A DNA stretch of 64,000 nucleotides from Pristiophorus japonicus (lineage: Eukaryota). Under the pieces are notes generated by a model. That model had not been told where the DNA came from. It did not search any database and saw only the letters and a program-made list of their open reading frames with translations. The stretch is taken from NCBI RefSeq assembly GCF_044704955.1, contig NC_091981.1, positions 47,740,001 to 47,804,000 on the forward strand, written 5' to 3'. The position numbers and the translations under genes were made by a program. This document shows positions 25,139-38,085 of this stretch, in pieces (positions within the stretch are counted from its first letter, which is position 1; the number at the start of each line of letters is the position of its first letter).

Positions 25139-28100
25139 TGTTATGTATCTGGACTTGCATATACTCTGTACAGCCAAAAGAGGGTTCATTCCCTGAAGTC
25201 CCAAAGGATCTCATAATCCCTTGGGAGCACAGGTATGTAAGAGTGCTTCACAGGTTGGAGAGGCACTCTGGAGACCTGCAATAAAAGACTAAGGTCACAC
25301 ATTACTTTGAGCTCACAGTGTTCAGTCTGACTCTTTCTCCATACACTACAACTGGTGAGGAGATACAGATAGCGAACCCAAAGATGCAGAGAACAGTGGG
25401 CATCCTGGAGAAATTCTCGGAGGGAGATGATTGAGAAACTTTTTTGGAGCGACTTGACCAATACTTCGTGGCCAACGAGCTAGATGGGGAAGAGAGCGCT
25501 GCCAAACGTAGAGCGATCCTCCTCACCGTCTGTGGGGTACCAACGTATGGCCTCATGAAGAATCTGCTCACTCCAGCGAAACCCATGGAGAAATCATATG
25601 ACGATTTGTGCACACTGGTCCGAGAGCATTTGAACCCGAAGGAAAGCGTTCTGATGGCGAGGTACCGGTTCTACACCTACAAAAGATCTAAAGGCCAGGA
25701 AGTGGCGAGTTATGTCGCCGAGCTAAGACGCCTTGCAGGACATTGCGAATTTGAAGGACATTTGGAGCACGTGCTCAGAGACTTTTCCGTACTTGGCATT
25801 GGCCACGAAACCATACTTCGCAAACTTTTGACTGTAGAGAACCCAACCTTGAGTAAGGCCACAGCGATAGCCCAGGCATTCATTGCCGCCAATACTAAGC
25901 AAATCTCTCAGCACACAAGCGCTGCTACAAATATTGTGAACAAAGTGATGTTGTTTTTGAATCGTAATGGACAGGGCAGGTCACACATACCTGCAGCAAC
26001 ACGTCCGCAGATGTCTCAGAGTCCACCATCAAGGGTGATGAATGCAAGGCCATTAACACCTTGTTGGCGCTGCGGGGGTGATCATCGTTTCCATTCATGC
26101 CGATTCAAAGGATACATTTGCAAGGGCTGTGGAACAATGGGACACCACTGAGTGTGCAGGCAAGCCTGCTAAACCTGCAAACCACCACGTTGCAGAGGAG
26201 GACAGATCCACAGAGGATTACGATGAAACAGAACCTCTGATAGAGGAGGCAGAGGTACATGGGATGCACACATTCACCACGAATTGTCCCCAGATAATGC
26301 TGAAGGTTGAACGAAATGGACTCCCGGTGTCAATGGAGCTGGACATGGGCGCGAGCCAGTCCATCATGGGCAAAAAGACTTTCGAAAGTTTGTGGTGCAA
26401 GAAGGCCTCAAGGCCAGTTTTAACTCCAGTTCGCACGAAACTAAGAACTTACATGAAATAACTGATTCCTGTAATCGGCAGTGCTACTGGAACTGTGCAC
26501 AAGCTACCACTCTGGGTGGTACAGGGCGATGGTCCCACGCTGCTCGGCAGGAGCTGGCTGGGAAAGATACGCTGGAACTGGGACGACATCCGAGCACTAT
26601 CGCCTGCTGACAACACTTCGTGTGTACAGGTCTTAAACAAATTTCCTTCGCTGTTCGAACCAGCATCTGGAAATTCCAAGGAGCAAGAGTGCAGATTCAC
26701 CTAATTCCGGGGGCGCGACCCATCCATCACGAGGCGAGAGCAGTACCGTACATGATGAAAGAAAGGGTAGAGATCGAGCTCGACCGGCTACAAAGAGGGC
26801 ATCATCTCACCGATCGAGTTCAGCAAGTGGGCCAGTCCTATTGTCCCAGTCCTCAATAGAGACAGCACCGTCAGAATCTGTGGCGATTACAAAGTAACTA
26901 TCAATCGTTTCTCCCTGCAGGACCAATACCCACTTCCAAAAGCCAACGACCTCTTTGAAACACTGGCGGAAGGAAAGACGTTCACGAAGCTGAATCTGAC
27001 CTCAGTCTACATGACGCAGGAACTGGAGGAATCATCGAAGGCCCTCACCTGCAAAAACACGCACAAAGGTCTTTTTGTTTATAACAGATGCCTCTTTGGA
27101 ATCCGATCAGCGGCGGTGATATTCCAGAGAAACATGGAAAGTTTACTGAAGTCGGTCCTGCACACCGTGGTCTTCTAGGACGACATCTTGGTCACAGGTC
27201 GGAACACAGTCGAGCATCTGCAGAATCTGGAGGAAGTTCTTAGTCGACTCAACCACGTGGGGCTCAGGTTAAAAGGCTCAAAGTGCTTTTTCCTGGCGCC
27301 TGAAGTGGAGTTCTTGGGAAGGAGGATTGCGGCGGACGGCATCAGGCCCACCAACGCGAAGACGGAGGCAATCGAGAACGCACCAAGGTCACAGAACGTG
27401 ATAGAGCTGCGGTCGTTCCTGGGACTTTTGAACTACTTAGGTAACTTCTTACCAGGTCTCAGCACCCTGCTAGAACCACTACATGTCTTACTACGAAAAG
27501 GCGGCGAATGGGTTTAGGGCAAAAGCCAAGAAAATGCCTTTGTAAAAGTGAGAAAATTGTTAGGCTCAAACAAATTGCTTGTGTTGTATGATCCATGTAA
27601 GCGTTTGGTACTAGCATGTGATGCGTTGTCATATGGCGTCGGGTGTGCATTGCAACAAGCCAATGATTTTGGGAAACTGCAACCGGTTGCTTATGCATCC
27701 AGTCTGTCTAAGGCCGAGAGAGCCTACAGCATGATTGAAAAAGAAGCGTTAGAGTGTGTCTATGGGGTAAAGAAAATGCATCAATACCTGTTTGGGCTAA
27801 AATTCGAATTGGAAACTGACCATAAGCCACTTATATCCCTGTTTTCCAAGAGCAAAGGGATAAATACCAACGCATCGGCCCGCATCCAGAGATGGGCGCT
27901 CACATTGTCTGCATACAACTATGCCATCTGCCACAGACCAGGCACAGAAAACTGCACCGATGCTCTCAGTAGGCTGCCATTGCCCACCACAGGGGTGGAA
28001 ATGGCGCAGCCTGCAGATCTAGCCACGGTTATGGAAGCATTTGAGAGTGAGCAATCACCCGTCACTGCCCGGCAGATCAAAACCTGGACAAGCCAGGACT

Positions 28101-29670
28101 ACTCATTATCTCTAGTCAAAAGCTGTGTGCTTCACGGGAGCTGGTCCAGTGTCCCAGTGGAAATGCAGGAAGAGATAAAGCCGTTCCAGCGGTGCAAAGA
28201 TGAAATGTCTATACAGGCAGACTGCCTTCTGTGGGGCAATCGAGTAGTGATCCCCAAGAAGGGCAGAGACAACTTCATCAATGACGTCCACAGTATCACC
28301 CAGACATCGTAATGATGAAACTAATAGCCAGATCCCATGTGTGGTGGCCCGGCATCGATGCGGACTTAAGAGTCCTGCGTTCACAGATGTAATACATGCT
28401 CGTAGTTAAGCAATGTACCCAGGGAGGTGTCGCTAAATTTATGGTCTTGGCCCTCCAAATCGTGGTCCAGAGTACACGTCGACTATGCAGGCCCGTTCTT
28501 GGGTAAAATGTTCCTTGTGGTTGTAGACGCGTACTCCAAGTGGATTGAATGTGAGATAATGTCGGCTTACACGTTCGCTGCCACCACTGAAAGCCTGTGG
28601 GCCATGGTTGCCACACATGGCTTACCTGATGTTCTGGTGAGCGATAACAGGCCATGTTTTACCAGTGCTGAGTTCAAAGAATTTATGACCCGCAACGAGA
28701 TCAAACATGTCACATCTGCCCCGTTTAAAACAGCGTCCAATGGTCAGGCAGAGAGAGCAGTGCAAGCCATCAAGCAAGGCTTGAAGAGGGTAACTGAAGG
28801 CTCACTGCAGACTCACCTATCCCGAGTCCTGCTTAGCTACCGTACAAGACCACACTCACTCACTAGGATCCCATCTGCTGAACTGCTCATGAATAGAGCA
28901 CTTAAGACAAGGCTCTCATTAGTTCACCCTGATCTACATGAACAGGTAGAGAGCAGGCGGCTTCAACAAAGTGCATACCATGATAGCGCAAATGTGTCAC
29001 GCGAGATTGAAGTCAATGATCCTGTATTTGTATTAAATTTGGGCAAGGTCCCAAGTGGCTTCCCGGCACTGTCGTGGCCAAAGAGGGGAGCAGGGTGTTT
29101 CGGGTCAAACTTTCAAATGGACTCATTCACCGGAAACACTTGGACCAAATCAAACTCAGATTCACGGACTATCCTGAGCAACCCACCTTGGACCCTACCT
29201 TTTTTGATCCCCCAACATACACACCAGTGGCAACCGACACCATGTTGACCACGAAGCAGAACCCATCATCCACCGCAGCCCGGCAGAGCCCAACACACCA
29301 GGCAGCCCAGCAAGGCCAGCTGCACAGCAGCCCAGCGAGGGCCCAACAAATGACTCAACAACACCAGCCTTCACACCTAGACGATCAACCAGGGCAAGAA
29401 GGGCCCCAGATTGACTCACATTGTAAATAGTTACACTATTGACTTTAGGGGGGAATGTTGTTATGTATCTGGACTTGCATATACTCTGTACAGCCATCAG
29501 AGGGCTCATTCCCCGGAGTCCCAAGAGATCTCATAATCCCTTGGGAGCACAGGTATTTAAGAGTGCTTCACAGGTTGGAGAGGCACTCTGGAGACCTGCA
29601 ATAAAAGACTAAGCTCACACATTACTTTGAGCTCACAGTGTTCAGTCTGACTCTTTCTCCATACACTACA
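25139..29670 (+). mobile_element. Full-structure Gypsy (Mag clade) element 3
   Basis: 212-bp LTRs 25139-25350 and 29459-29670 (about 9 differences); degenerate PBS TGGTGAGGAG; PPT; no clean TSD. Confidence 0.96.
25384..29427 (+). pseudogene. gag-pol of Gypsy 3 (stops and frameshifts)
   Basis: Gag ERLDQYFVAN..ARYRFY and double zinc knuckle CWRCGGDH..C..CKGCGTMGH; protease, RT, RNase H and integrase motifs. Confidence 0.93.
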
Positions 29671-30392
29671 GGATGAACCCCCCATGAAACTTTAAAAACT
29701 TTTTTTTAATACTCATTTAAGGCAGCGCAACCAAAATGGAGTGTAAAATGGAAGATCCTTCTTAAAGGTGTACGTGACATAGTTGGAGCAAATGGGAAGG
29801 TAAGGGGTTGATAGGTACTATAAGCCCAATAGAAATTAAAAACCTGTATTAGAGAGGATGCTCATCACCAACCTACATTAGATAATCCAACGTACAGAGA
29901 ATCAAGTGCCCTGTCAAATGAAAGATGATTGTCATTTTTGAAATGGAAGAATAGAAATATTATGTACCTGGAATTTAGCCATAATATCTACACACATTGA
30001 TCAAGGATATCCACATCTGTCTGAGTACAAACTCCATTCATATGGCTGGACGATGCCACACTTGGTGTCCAACCCATCCATCCTGTGAAAGCGCCGCTGG
30101 TCCCTCAAGTATTGAAAGAGGAAGGAGCTGCAGTCAAATCCCAGTTGCTAAAACATTCAAATCAGAAAATCTTAAAAGTTGTACAACGGAGGGAAGAGGA
30201 AATATGCCCACACGAGAGCAGTGCAATTCCCTTACTAATGCGATGAATACAGATCACAACACTTGTGCCAATCTGCAAATGATACTCCTTAACAAGGGGA
30301 TTCTGCTTTCCACTTCTAAAACCAAATTTAAGGCTTTCCCTCCGTTATTTTGATTGATTCATGAGTGGTAGACAAGCAACCATCAGTATTGA

Positions 30393-33300
30393 TACATCGA
30401 AACATAGAAAATAGGTGCAGAAGCAGGCCATTCGGCCCTTCGAGCCTGCACCACCATTCAATATGATCATGGCTGATCATGCAACTTCAGTACCCCTTTC
30501 CTCCTTTCTCTCCATACCCCTTGATCCCCTTAGCCGTAAGGGTCACACCTAACTCCCCTTTGAATATATCGAACGAACTGGCCTCAACAACTTTCTGTGG
30601 TAGAGAATTCCACAGGTTCACAATTCTCTGAGTGAAGAAGTTTCTCTTCATCTCAGTCCTAAATGGCTTACCCCTTATCCTTCGACTATGACCCCTGGTT
30701 CTGGACTTCCCCAACAATCGAGAACATTCTTCCTGCATCTAACCTGTCCAATCCCTTCAGAATTTTATATGTTTCTATGAGATCCCCTCTCATTCTTCTA
30801 AATTTCAGTGAATATAAGCGTAGTCGATCCAGTCTTTCTTCATATGTCAGTCCTGCCATCCCGGGAATCAGTCTGTGAACCTTAGCTGCACTCCCTCAAT
30901 AGCAAGAATGTCCTTCCTCAGATTAGGAGACCAAAACTGCACACAATATTCAAGGTGTGGCCTCATCAAGGCCCTGTACAACTGCAGTAAGACCTCCCTG
31001 CTCCTATACTCAAATCCTCTATGAAGGCCAACCTGCCATTTGCCTTCTTCACCGCCTGCTGTACCTGCATACCCACTTTCAATGACTGATGTACCATGAC
31101 ACCCAGGTCTCATTGCACCTCCCCTTTTCCAAATTTGTCACCATTCAGATAATATTCTGCCTTCTTGTTTTTGCCACCAAAGTGGATAACTTCACATTTA
31201 TCCATATTATACTGCATCTGCCATGCATTTGCCCACTCACCTAACCTATCCAAGTCACCCTGCAGCCTCTTAGCATCCTTCGCACAGCTCACACCGCCAC
31301 CCAGCTTAGTGTCATCTGCAAATTTGGAGATATTACATTCAATTCTTTCATCCAAATGTATACTGTAAATAGCTGGGGTCCCAGCACTGAACCTTGCAGT
31401 ACTCCACTCGTCACTGCCTGCCATTCTAAAAAGGACCCGTTTATTCCTACTCTTTGCTTCCTGTCTGCCAACCAGTTCTCTATCCACGTCAATATGTTAC
31501 CCCCAATGCCATGTGTTTTAATTTTGCACACTAATCTCTTGTGTGGGGGCTTGTCAAAAGCCTTTTGAAAGTCCAAATCCACCACATCCGCTGGTTCTCT
31601 ATTAGTTACACATCCTCAAAAAATTCTAGAAGACTTGTCAAGCATGATTTCCCTTTCATAAATCCATGCTGACTTGGACTGATCCTGTCAGCGCTTTCCA
31701 AATGTGCTGCTATTACATCTTTAATAATTGATTCCAACATTTTCCCCACTACCAATGTCAGGCTAACCAGTCTATAATTCCCCGTTTTCTCTCTCCCTCC
31801 TTTTTTAAAAAGAGGGCTTACACTAGCTACCCTTCAAACCATAGGAACTGATCCAGAATCTATAGAATGTTGGAAAATGATCACCAATGCATCCACTATT
31901 TCTAGGGCCACTTCCTTAAGTACTCTGGGATGCAGATTATCAGGCCCTGGGGATGTATTGGCCTTCAATCCCATCAATTTCCATTACACAATTTCCTGAC
32001 TAATAAGGATTTCCTTCAGTTCCTCCTTCTCGCTGGACCCTCGGTCCCCTAGTATTTCCGGAAGGTTATTTGTGTCATCCTTAGTGAAGACAGAACCAAA
32101 GATTTGTTCAATTGATCTGCCATTTCTTTGTTCCCCATTATAAATTCACCTGATTCTGTCTGCAAGGGACCTACATTTGTCTTCACTAATCTTTTTCTCT
32201 TCACATATCTATAGAAGCTTTTGCAGTCAGTTTTTATGTTCCCTGTATGCTTACTCTCATACTCTATTTTCCCCCTCTTAATTAAACCCTTTGTCCTCCT
32301 CTGCTGAATTCTAAATTTCTCCTAGTCCTCAGGTTTGCTGCTTTTTCTGGCCAATTTATATCCTCTTCCTTGGATTTAACACTATCCCTAATTTCCTTTG
32401 TTAGCCATGGTTGAGCCACCTTCCCCGTTTTATTTTTACGCCAGACAGGAATGTACAAATGTTGAAGTTCATCCATGTGATCTTTAAATGTCTGCCATTG
32501 TCAGCCCTTTAAGTATCATTCGCCAGTCCATCCTAGCCAATTCACGTCTCATACCATCATAAGAACATAAGAATTAGGAACAGGAGTAGGCCATCTAGCC
32601 CCTCGACCCTGCTCCGCCATTCAAAAAGATCATGGCTGATCTGGCCGTGGACTCAGCTCCACTTACCCGCCCGCTCCCCGTAATCCTTAATTCCCTTATT
32701 GGTTAAAAATCTATCTATCTGTGATTTGAATACATTCAATGAGCTAGCCTCAACTGCTTCCTTGGGCAGAGAATTCCAGAGATTCACAACCCTCTGGGAG
32801 AAGAAATTCCTCCTCAACTCGGTTTTAAATTGGCTTCCCCGTATTTTGAGTCTGTGCCCCCTAATTCTAGTCTCCCCAACAAGTGGAAACAACCTCGCTG
32901 CCTCTATCTTGTCTATCCCTTTCATTATTTTAAATGTTTCTATAAGATCACCCCTCATTCTTCTGAACTCCAACGAGTAAAGACCCAGTCTACTCAATCT
33001 ATCATCATAAGGTAACCCCCTCATCTCCGGAATCAGCCTAGTGAATTGTCTCTGTACCCACTCCAAGACTAGTATATCCTTCCTTAAGTAAGGTGACCAA
33101 AACTGCACGCAGTACTCCAGGTGTGGCCTCACCAATACCCTGAATAGTTGCAGCAGGACCTCCCTGCTTTTGTACTCCATCCCTCTCGCAATGAAGGCCA
33201 ACATTCCATTCGCCTTCCTGATTACCTGCTGCACCTGCAAACTAATTTTTTGGGATTCATGCACAAGGAGTGTCACCCAGGTCGGGTGGCACCGTTTAAT

Positions 33301-35570
33301 GTCTTTATGTTTTGCAGGTAAACTCAAAAGAGTTTCATGCACAAGGACCCCCAGGGCCCTCTACACCGCAGCATGTTGTAATTTCTCCCCATTCAAATAA
33401 TATTCCCTTTTACTGTTTTTTTTCCCCAAGGTGGAGGACCTCACATTTTCCGACATTGTATTCCATCTGCCAAACCTTAGCCAATTCGCTTAACCTATCT
33501 AAATCTATTTGCAGCCTCTCTGTGTCCTCTACACAACCCGCTTTCCTACTAATCTTTGTGTCATCTGCAAATTTTGTTACACTACACTCTGTCCCCTCTT
33601 CCAGGTCATCTATGTATATTGTAAACAGTTGTGGTCCCAGCACCGATCCCTGTGGCACACCATTAACCACCGATTTCCAACCCGAAAAGGACCCATTTAT
33701 CCCGACTCTCTGCTTTCTGTTAGCCAGCCAATTCTTGATCCATGCTAATACATTTCCTCTGACTCCGCGTACCTTTATCTTCTGCAGTAACCTTTTGTGT
33801 GGCAACTTATCGAATGCCTTTTGGAAATCTAAATACACCACATCCATTGGTACACCTCTATCCACCATGCTCGTTATATCCTCAAAGAATTCCAGTAAAT
33901 TAGTTAAACATGATTTCCCCTTCATGAATCCATGTTGCGTCTGCTTGGTTGCCCTATTCCTATCTAGATGTCCCGCTATTTCTTCCTTAATGATGGCTTC
34001 AAGCATTTTCCCCACGACAGATGTTAAACTAACCGGCCTATAGTTACCTGCATTTTGTTTGCTCCCCTTTTTTTAAAAACAGAGGCGTTACATTAGCTGC
34101 TTTCAAATCCGCTGGTACCTCCCCAAAGTCCAGAGAATTTTGGTAGATTATAACGAATGCATCTGCTATAACTTCCGCCATCTCTTAATACCCTGGGATG
34201 CATTTCATCAGGACCAGGGGACTTGTCTATCTCGAGTCCCATTAGCCTGTCCAGCACTACCTCCATAGTGATAGTGATTGTCCCAAGGTCCTCCCTTCCC
34301 ACATTCCCATGACCAGCAATTTTTGGCATGGTTTTTGTGTCTTCCACTGTGAAGACCGAAGCAAACTAATTGTTTAAGGTCTCAGCCATTTCCACATTTC
34401 CCATTATTAAATCCCCCTTCTCATATTCTAAGGGACCAACATTTACTTTCGTCACTCTCTTCCGTTTTATATATCGGTAAAAGCTTTTACTATCTGTTTT
34501 TATGTTTTGCGCAAGTTTACTTTCGTAATCTATCTTTCCTTTCTTTATTGCTTTCTTAGTCATTCTTTGCTGTCGTTTAAAATTTTCCCAATCTTCTAGT
34601 TTCCCACTAACCTTGGCCACCTTATACGCATTGATTTTTAATTTGATACTCTCCTTAATTTCCCTGGTTATCCACGGCTGGTTATCCCTTCTCTTACCGC
34701 CCTTCTTTTTCACTGGAATATATTTTTGTTGAGCACTATGAAAGAGCTCCTTAAAAGTCCTCCACTGTTCCTCAATTGTGCCACCGTTTAGTCTGTGTTC
34801 CCAGTCTACTTTAGCCAACTCTGCCCTCATCCTACTGTAGTCCCCTTTGTTTAAGCATAGTACGCTCGTTTGAGACACTACTTCCTCACTCTCAATCTGT
34901 ATTACAAATTCAACCATACTGTGATCACTCATTCATCGAAGTTACCTTTCTTTAAGTTCAGGACCCTAGTCTCTGAAGTAACTGTGTCACTTTCCATCTT
35001 AATGAAGAATTCTACCATATTATGGTCACACTTCCCCAAGGGGCCTCGCACAATAAGATTGCTCATTATATAACATCCAGTCTAGAATGGCCAGCTCTCT
35101 AGTTGGTTCCTCGACATATTGGTCTAGAAAACCATCCCTTATACACTCCAGGAAATCCTCCTCTACCGTATTGCTACCTATTTGGTTAGCCCAATCTATA
35201 TGTAGATTAAAGTCATCATGATAACTGCATACATCCCTAATTTCCTGTTTGATGCCATTCCCAACCTCACTACTACTGTTTGGTGGTCTGTACACAACTC
35301 CCACTAGCGTTTTCTGCCCTTTGGTGTTCCACAGCTCTACCCATACAAATTCCACATCATCCAAGCTAATGTCCTTCCTTACTATTGCGTTAATCTCCTC
35401 TTTAACCAGCAACGCTACCCCACCTCCTTTTCCTTTCTGTCTATCCTTCCTGAATATTGAATACTCCTGGATGTTGAGTTTCCAGCCTTGGTCACCCTGG
35501 AGCCATGTCTCCGTAATCCTGGAGCCATGTCTCCGTAATCCCAATTACATCATATCCATTAACAGCTGTG
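30393..35570 (-). mobile_element. CR1-A (APE endonuclease to 3' end), split by CR1-B
   Basis: GAAACATAGAAAATAGG tail at about 30400; RT motifs; ITETWL and VVYRPP endonuclease motifs at 35026-35544; resumes at 34934. Confidence 0.93.
32559..34933 (-). mobile_element. CR1-B nested in CR1-A
   Basis: Own tail ATAAGAACATAAGAA; RT ORFs 33410-34015 and 32653-33342; CATC at both junctions (32555-32558, 34934-34937). Confidence 0.93.
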
Positions 35571-35577
35571 GTGATTA

Positions 35578-36360
35578 GAATCAGAGAATAGAAGAATCAT
35601 AGAAATTTACAGCACGGAAGGAGGCCATTTCGGGTCATCGTGTCCGCATCGGCCGACCAAGAGCTATCCAGCCTAATCCCACTTTCCAGCTCTTGGTCCG
35701 TAGGCCTGCAGGTTACAGCACTAAGTGCACATCCAAGTATCTTTTAAATGTGGTGAGTGTTTCTGCCTCTACCATCTTTTCAGGCAGTGAATTTCAGACC
35801 CCCTCCACCTGCTGGGTGAAGAAATTTCCCCTCATATCTCCTCTAAACCTCCCCCTAATTACTTTAAATCTATGTCTCCTGGTTGTTGACCCCTTTGCCA
35901 AGGAAAACAGGTCCTTCCTCTCCATTCTATCCAGGCCCCTCATAATTTTATATACCTCAACCACGTGTTCCCTTAGCCTCCTCTGCTCCAAAGAAAACAG
36001 ACCCAGCATCTCCAATCTTTCCTCGTAGCCAAAATTCTCCAGTCCAGGCAACATTCTTATAAATCTCATCTGCACCCTTTCCAGTGCAATATCAGCTTTC
36101 CTGTAATGTGGTGACCAGAACTGCACACAGTACTCCAGCTGCAGCCTAACCAGTGTTTTATACAGTTCAAGCATAACCTCCTTGCTCTTGTATTCCATAT
36201 GCCTTCTTAACCACCTTATCTACCTGGCCTGCTACCTTCAAAGATCTGTGGACCTGCACTCCAAGGTCCTTTTGTTCCACTGCACTTTTCAAGAGTCGTA
36301 CCATTAATGTGTATTCCCTTGCCTTGTTAGACCTCCCCAAATGCATTACCTCACACTTAT
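35578..36360 (-). mobile_element. CR1 3' fragment of another subfamily
   Basis: GAATCATAGAA tail; [17 protein letters not shown] 35794-36198. Confidence 0.9.
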
Positions 36361-36949
36361 GGTGTGCTTTGGTGAGTACATGGCATTGGACTAGATGCCA
36401 AATACTAGACCTACTCCAGTATAATCCCTCTGTACGCAAGGCAAGATCTCAGATGCTGTGGAGATAGAGTCGAAACATTTTAAGCTTTGAGCAGACTCAT
36501 TCTCAGTTTACAGATTTACTCAGGCATTTGTGTTTATAATTCTGGTTCATGAGGGAGAAATGTATAAACTGAATATCTATTCAGCATCACCTACTAGTAT
36601 GGACCAGTCACACTTTTTGCCAAATGTAACAGAGTGACAACAGAACCCTTGGGCTGAACATAGGAATTGCTAGATGAAAAAAGACCAAGATCCATCTTGG
36701 CAGTCGCATGATACAATAAGAGTTGATTAATCATAGCAATTAATCTCCAACAATTAGTCTACAACAAACTCAGATACGAAGCAAGGAAACCAGTGGTGGA
36801 GAGCTTTGCCAATTGTAGATCCAAAGTCACCTGTTCCTCCCAAGTATACGACACTTACCATATTTCATGTCTCAAATTGCTCATATACTGCACAAAGTGC
36901 CTTGGGACATTTTACGATGTCAAAAGTGCTATATAAATACAAGTTGTTA

Positions 36950-37160
36950 TAACACAAACTATTAAATCTAATTTGCATTTGAATGAATCAACATTATCTG
37001 CTTCCACCATCTCCCTAGAGTGCTTTTTCCATCGATGTATTAATCACTCACTGAAATGTTTCTGCAGATTAATTTTGAATTTACCCCCCTTGAATTCCAG
37101 GCAGCGTTCTATGGGTCTGGACAAGGTGAAGCAGCTCGCCGTGGTCTATATTATCAACTT
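36950..37160 (-). mobile_element. Old CR1 fragment that continues at 42722-43002 and about 47474-47580
   Basis: Colinear C-terminal CR1 sequence (LHLEYSVQLW..RRLRGEMI at 42722-43002) broken by hAT-like, Gypsy and younger CR1 insertions. Confidence 0.6.
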
Positions 37161-38085
37161 ATGGGGTTCTCAACTGGGGGTCCACAACATTTCAAGGGGT
37201 CTGCAATAGGATGGGGGGGGGGGGGGGGGCAGGGGGAGGGAGAGAAAAAAAAGTGTCATTTTCACCATTCGCATGCCGTTTACAAAGGCTCCACACCCTG
37301 GATCCAGACAGCTTCCTCCTCCTTGCCAGACAGCGATGCCGCTTTAGCCTGGGTCTCTTTCTGCCATGAAGTCAAGTCACAGTAGAAGCCAGCCTGCTCT
37401 GCACCTCCCTCACTCACTACAGGATGCCCGTGCCCTTCTGTTGTATCAGGTGTTATGAGGGGAAGCAGCGCCGCTGGGACATCAACAGCGTCCCTCCTGC
37501 TTTGGCGGGCGGCGGAATGGATTGAAAATAACACATGTAGAACGGGCTTAGAGTGAAATTAAACTGATTCTGAAACTAAAGCAGTTTTAAATATAAACGG
37601 GCCTGGTGCGCACCCCCACCCAGAACCCAAATATATCAGAGGGAGGCGCTGAGAGGTCAGACCTTCCTTTTGATATATAGCAACATTGTCCAATCAGAAC
37701 ACGTATCATTTTGTGATGTGACGCAGAGGCGTACTAGGAGCAATCGAGAACCCAACAAGTGTTGTTGTCGTGCGGATGTCTGCAAAACATTAGCCACACT
37801 GGAACTCCCATTAACGCTTCACATTCTGCTGCAAGGACAAGGCAGCAATGCCTTGGGTGGTGCAGGCATTGTCAGAAAAAAAATTGTACTCAGTCGTGCA
37901 CGCGAGGGTGCTAGTTTTCCAGTGTGCTCACTGATCCAGCAGATTTATTTCAGGCTCTATTTCTTTTATACAGAAAAAAATACTGGTGTTATGTTACAGG
38001 GGTTCAGTAAAATTTTTATAACATGGGACCGGGGGGGGGGGGGGGGGCGATGACGACACCTCAGAAGCAAAAAGGTTGAAAAACC
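37161..38085. mobile_element. Non-autonomous hAT-like DNA transposon (right TIR split by Gypsy 4)
   Basis: Left GGGGTTCTCAACTGGGGGTCC and right AAAAAGGTTGAAAAACC|CT are typical hAT-type termini and roughly inverted; no 8-bp TSD confirmed. Confidence 0.55.

Noticed and set aside
33312-34043. Long + strand ORFs (243 aa here, 232 aa at 45083-45781)
   Set aside because: Antisense shadows of CR1 ORF2.
35496-35539. 22-bp tandem duplication in the CR1 endonuclease region
   Set aside because: Ordinary slippage in a dead element.
37213-37241. Poly-G tracts as G-quadruplex regulators (also 38030-38048 and the poly-C at about 45980-46000)
   Set aside because: Homopolymer expansions inside TEs with no sign of function; lengths may be unreliable in assemblies.
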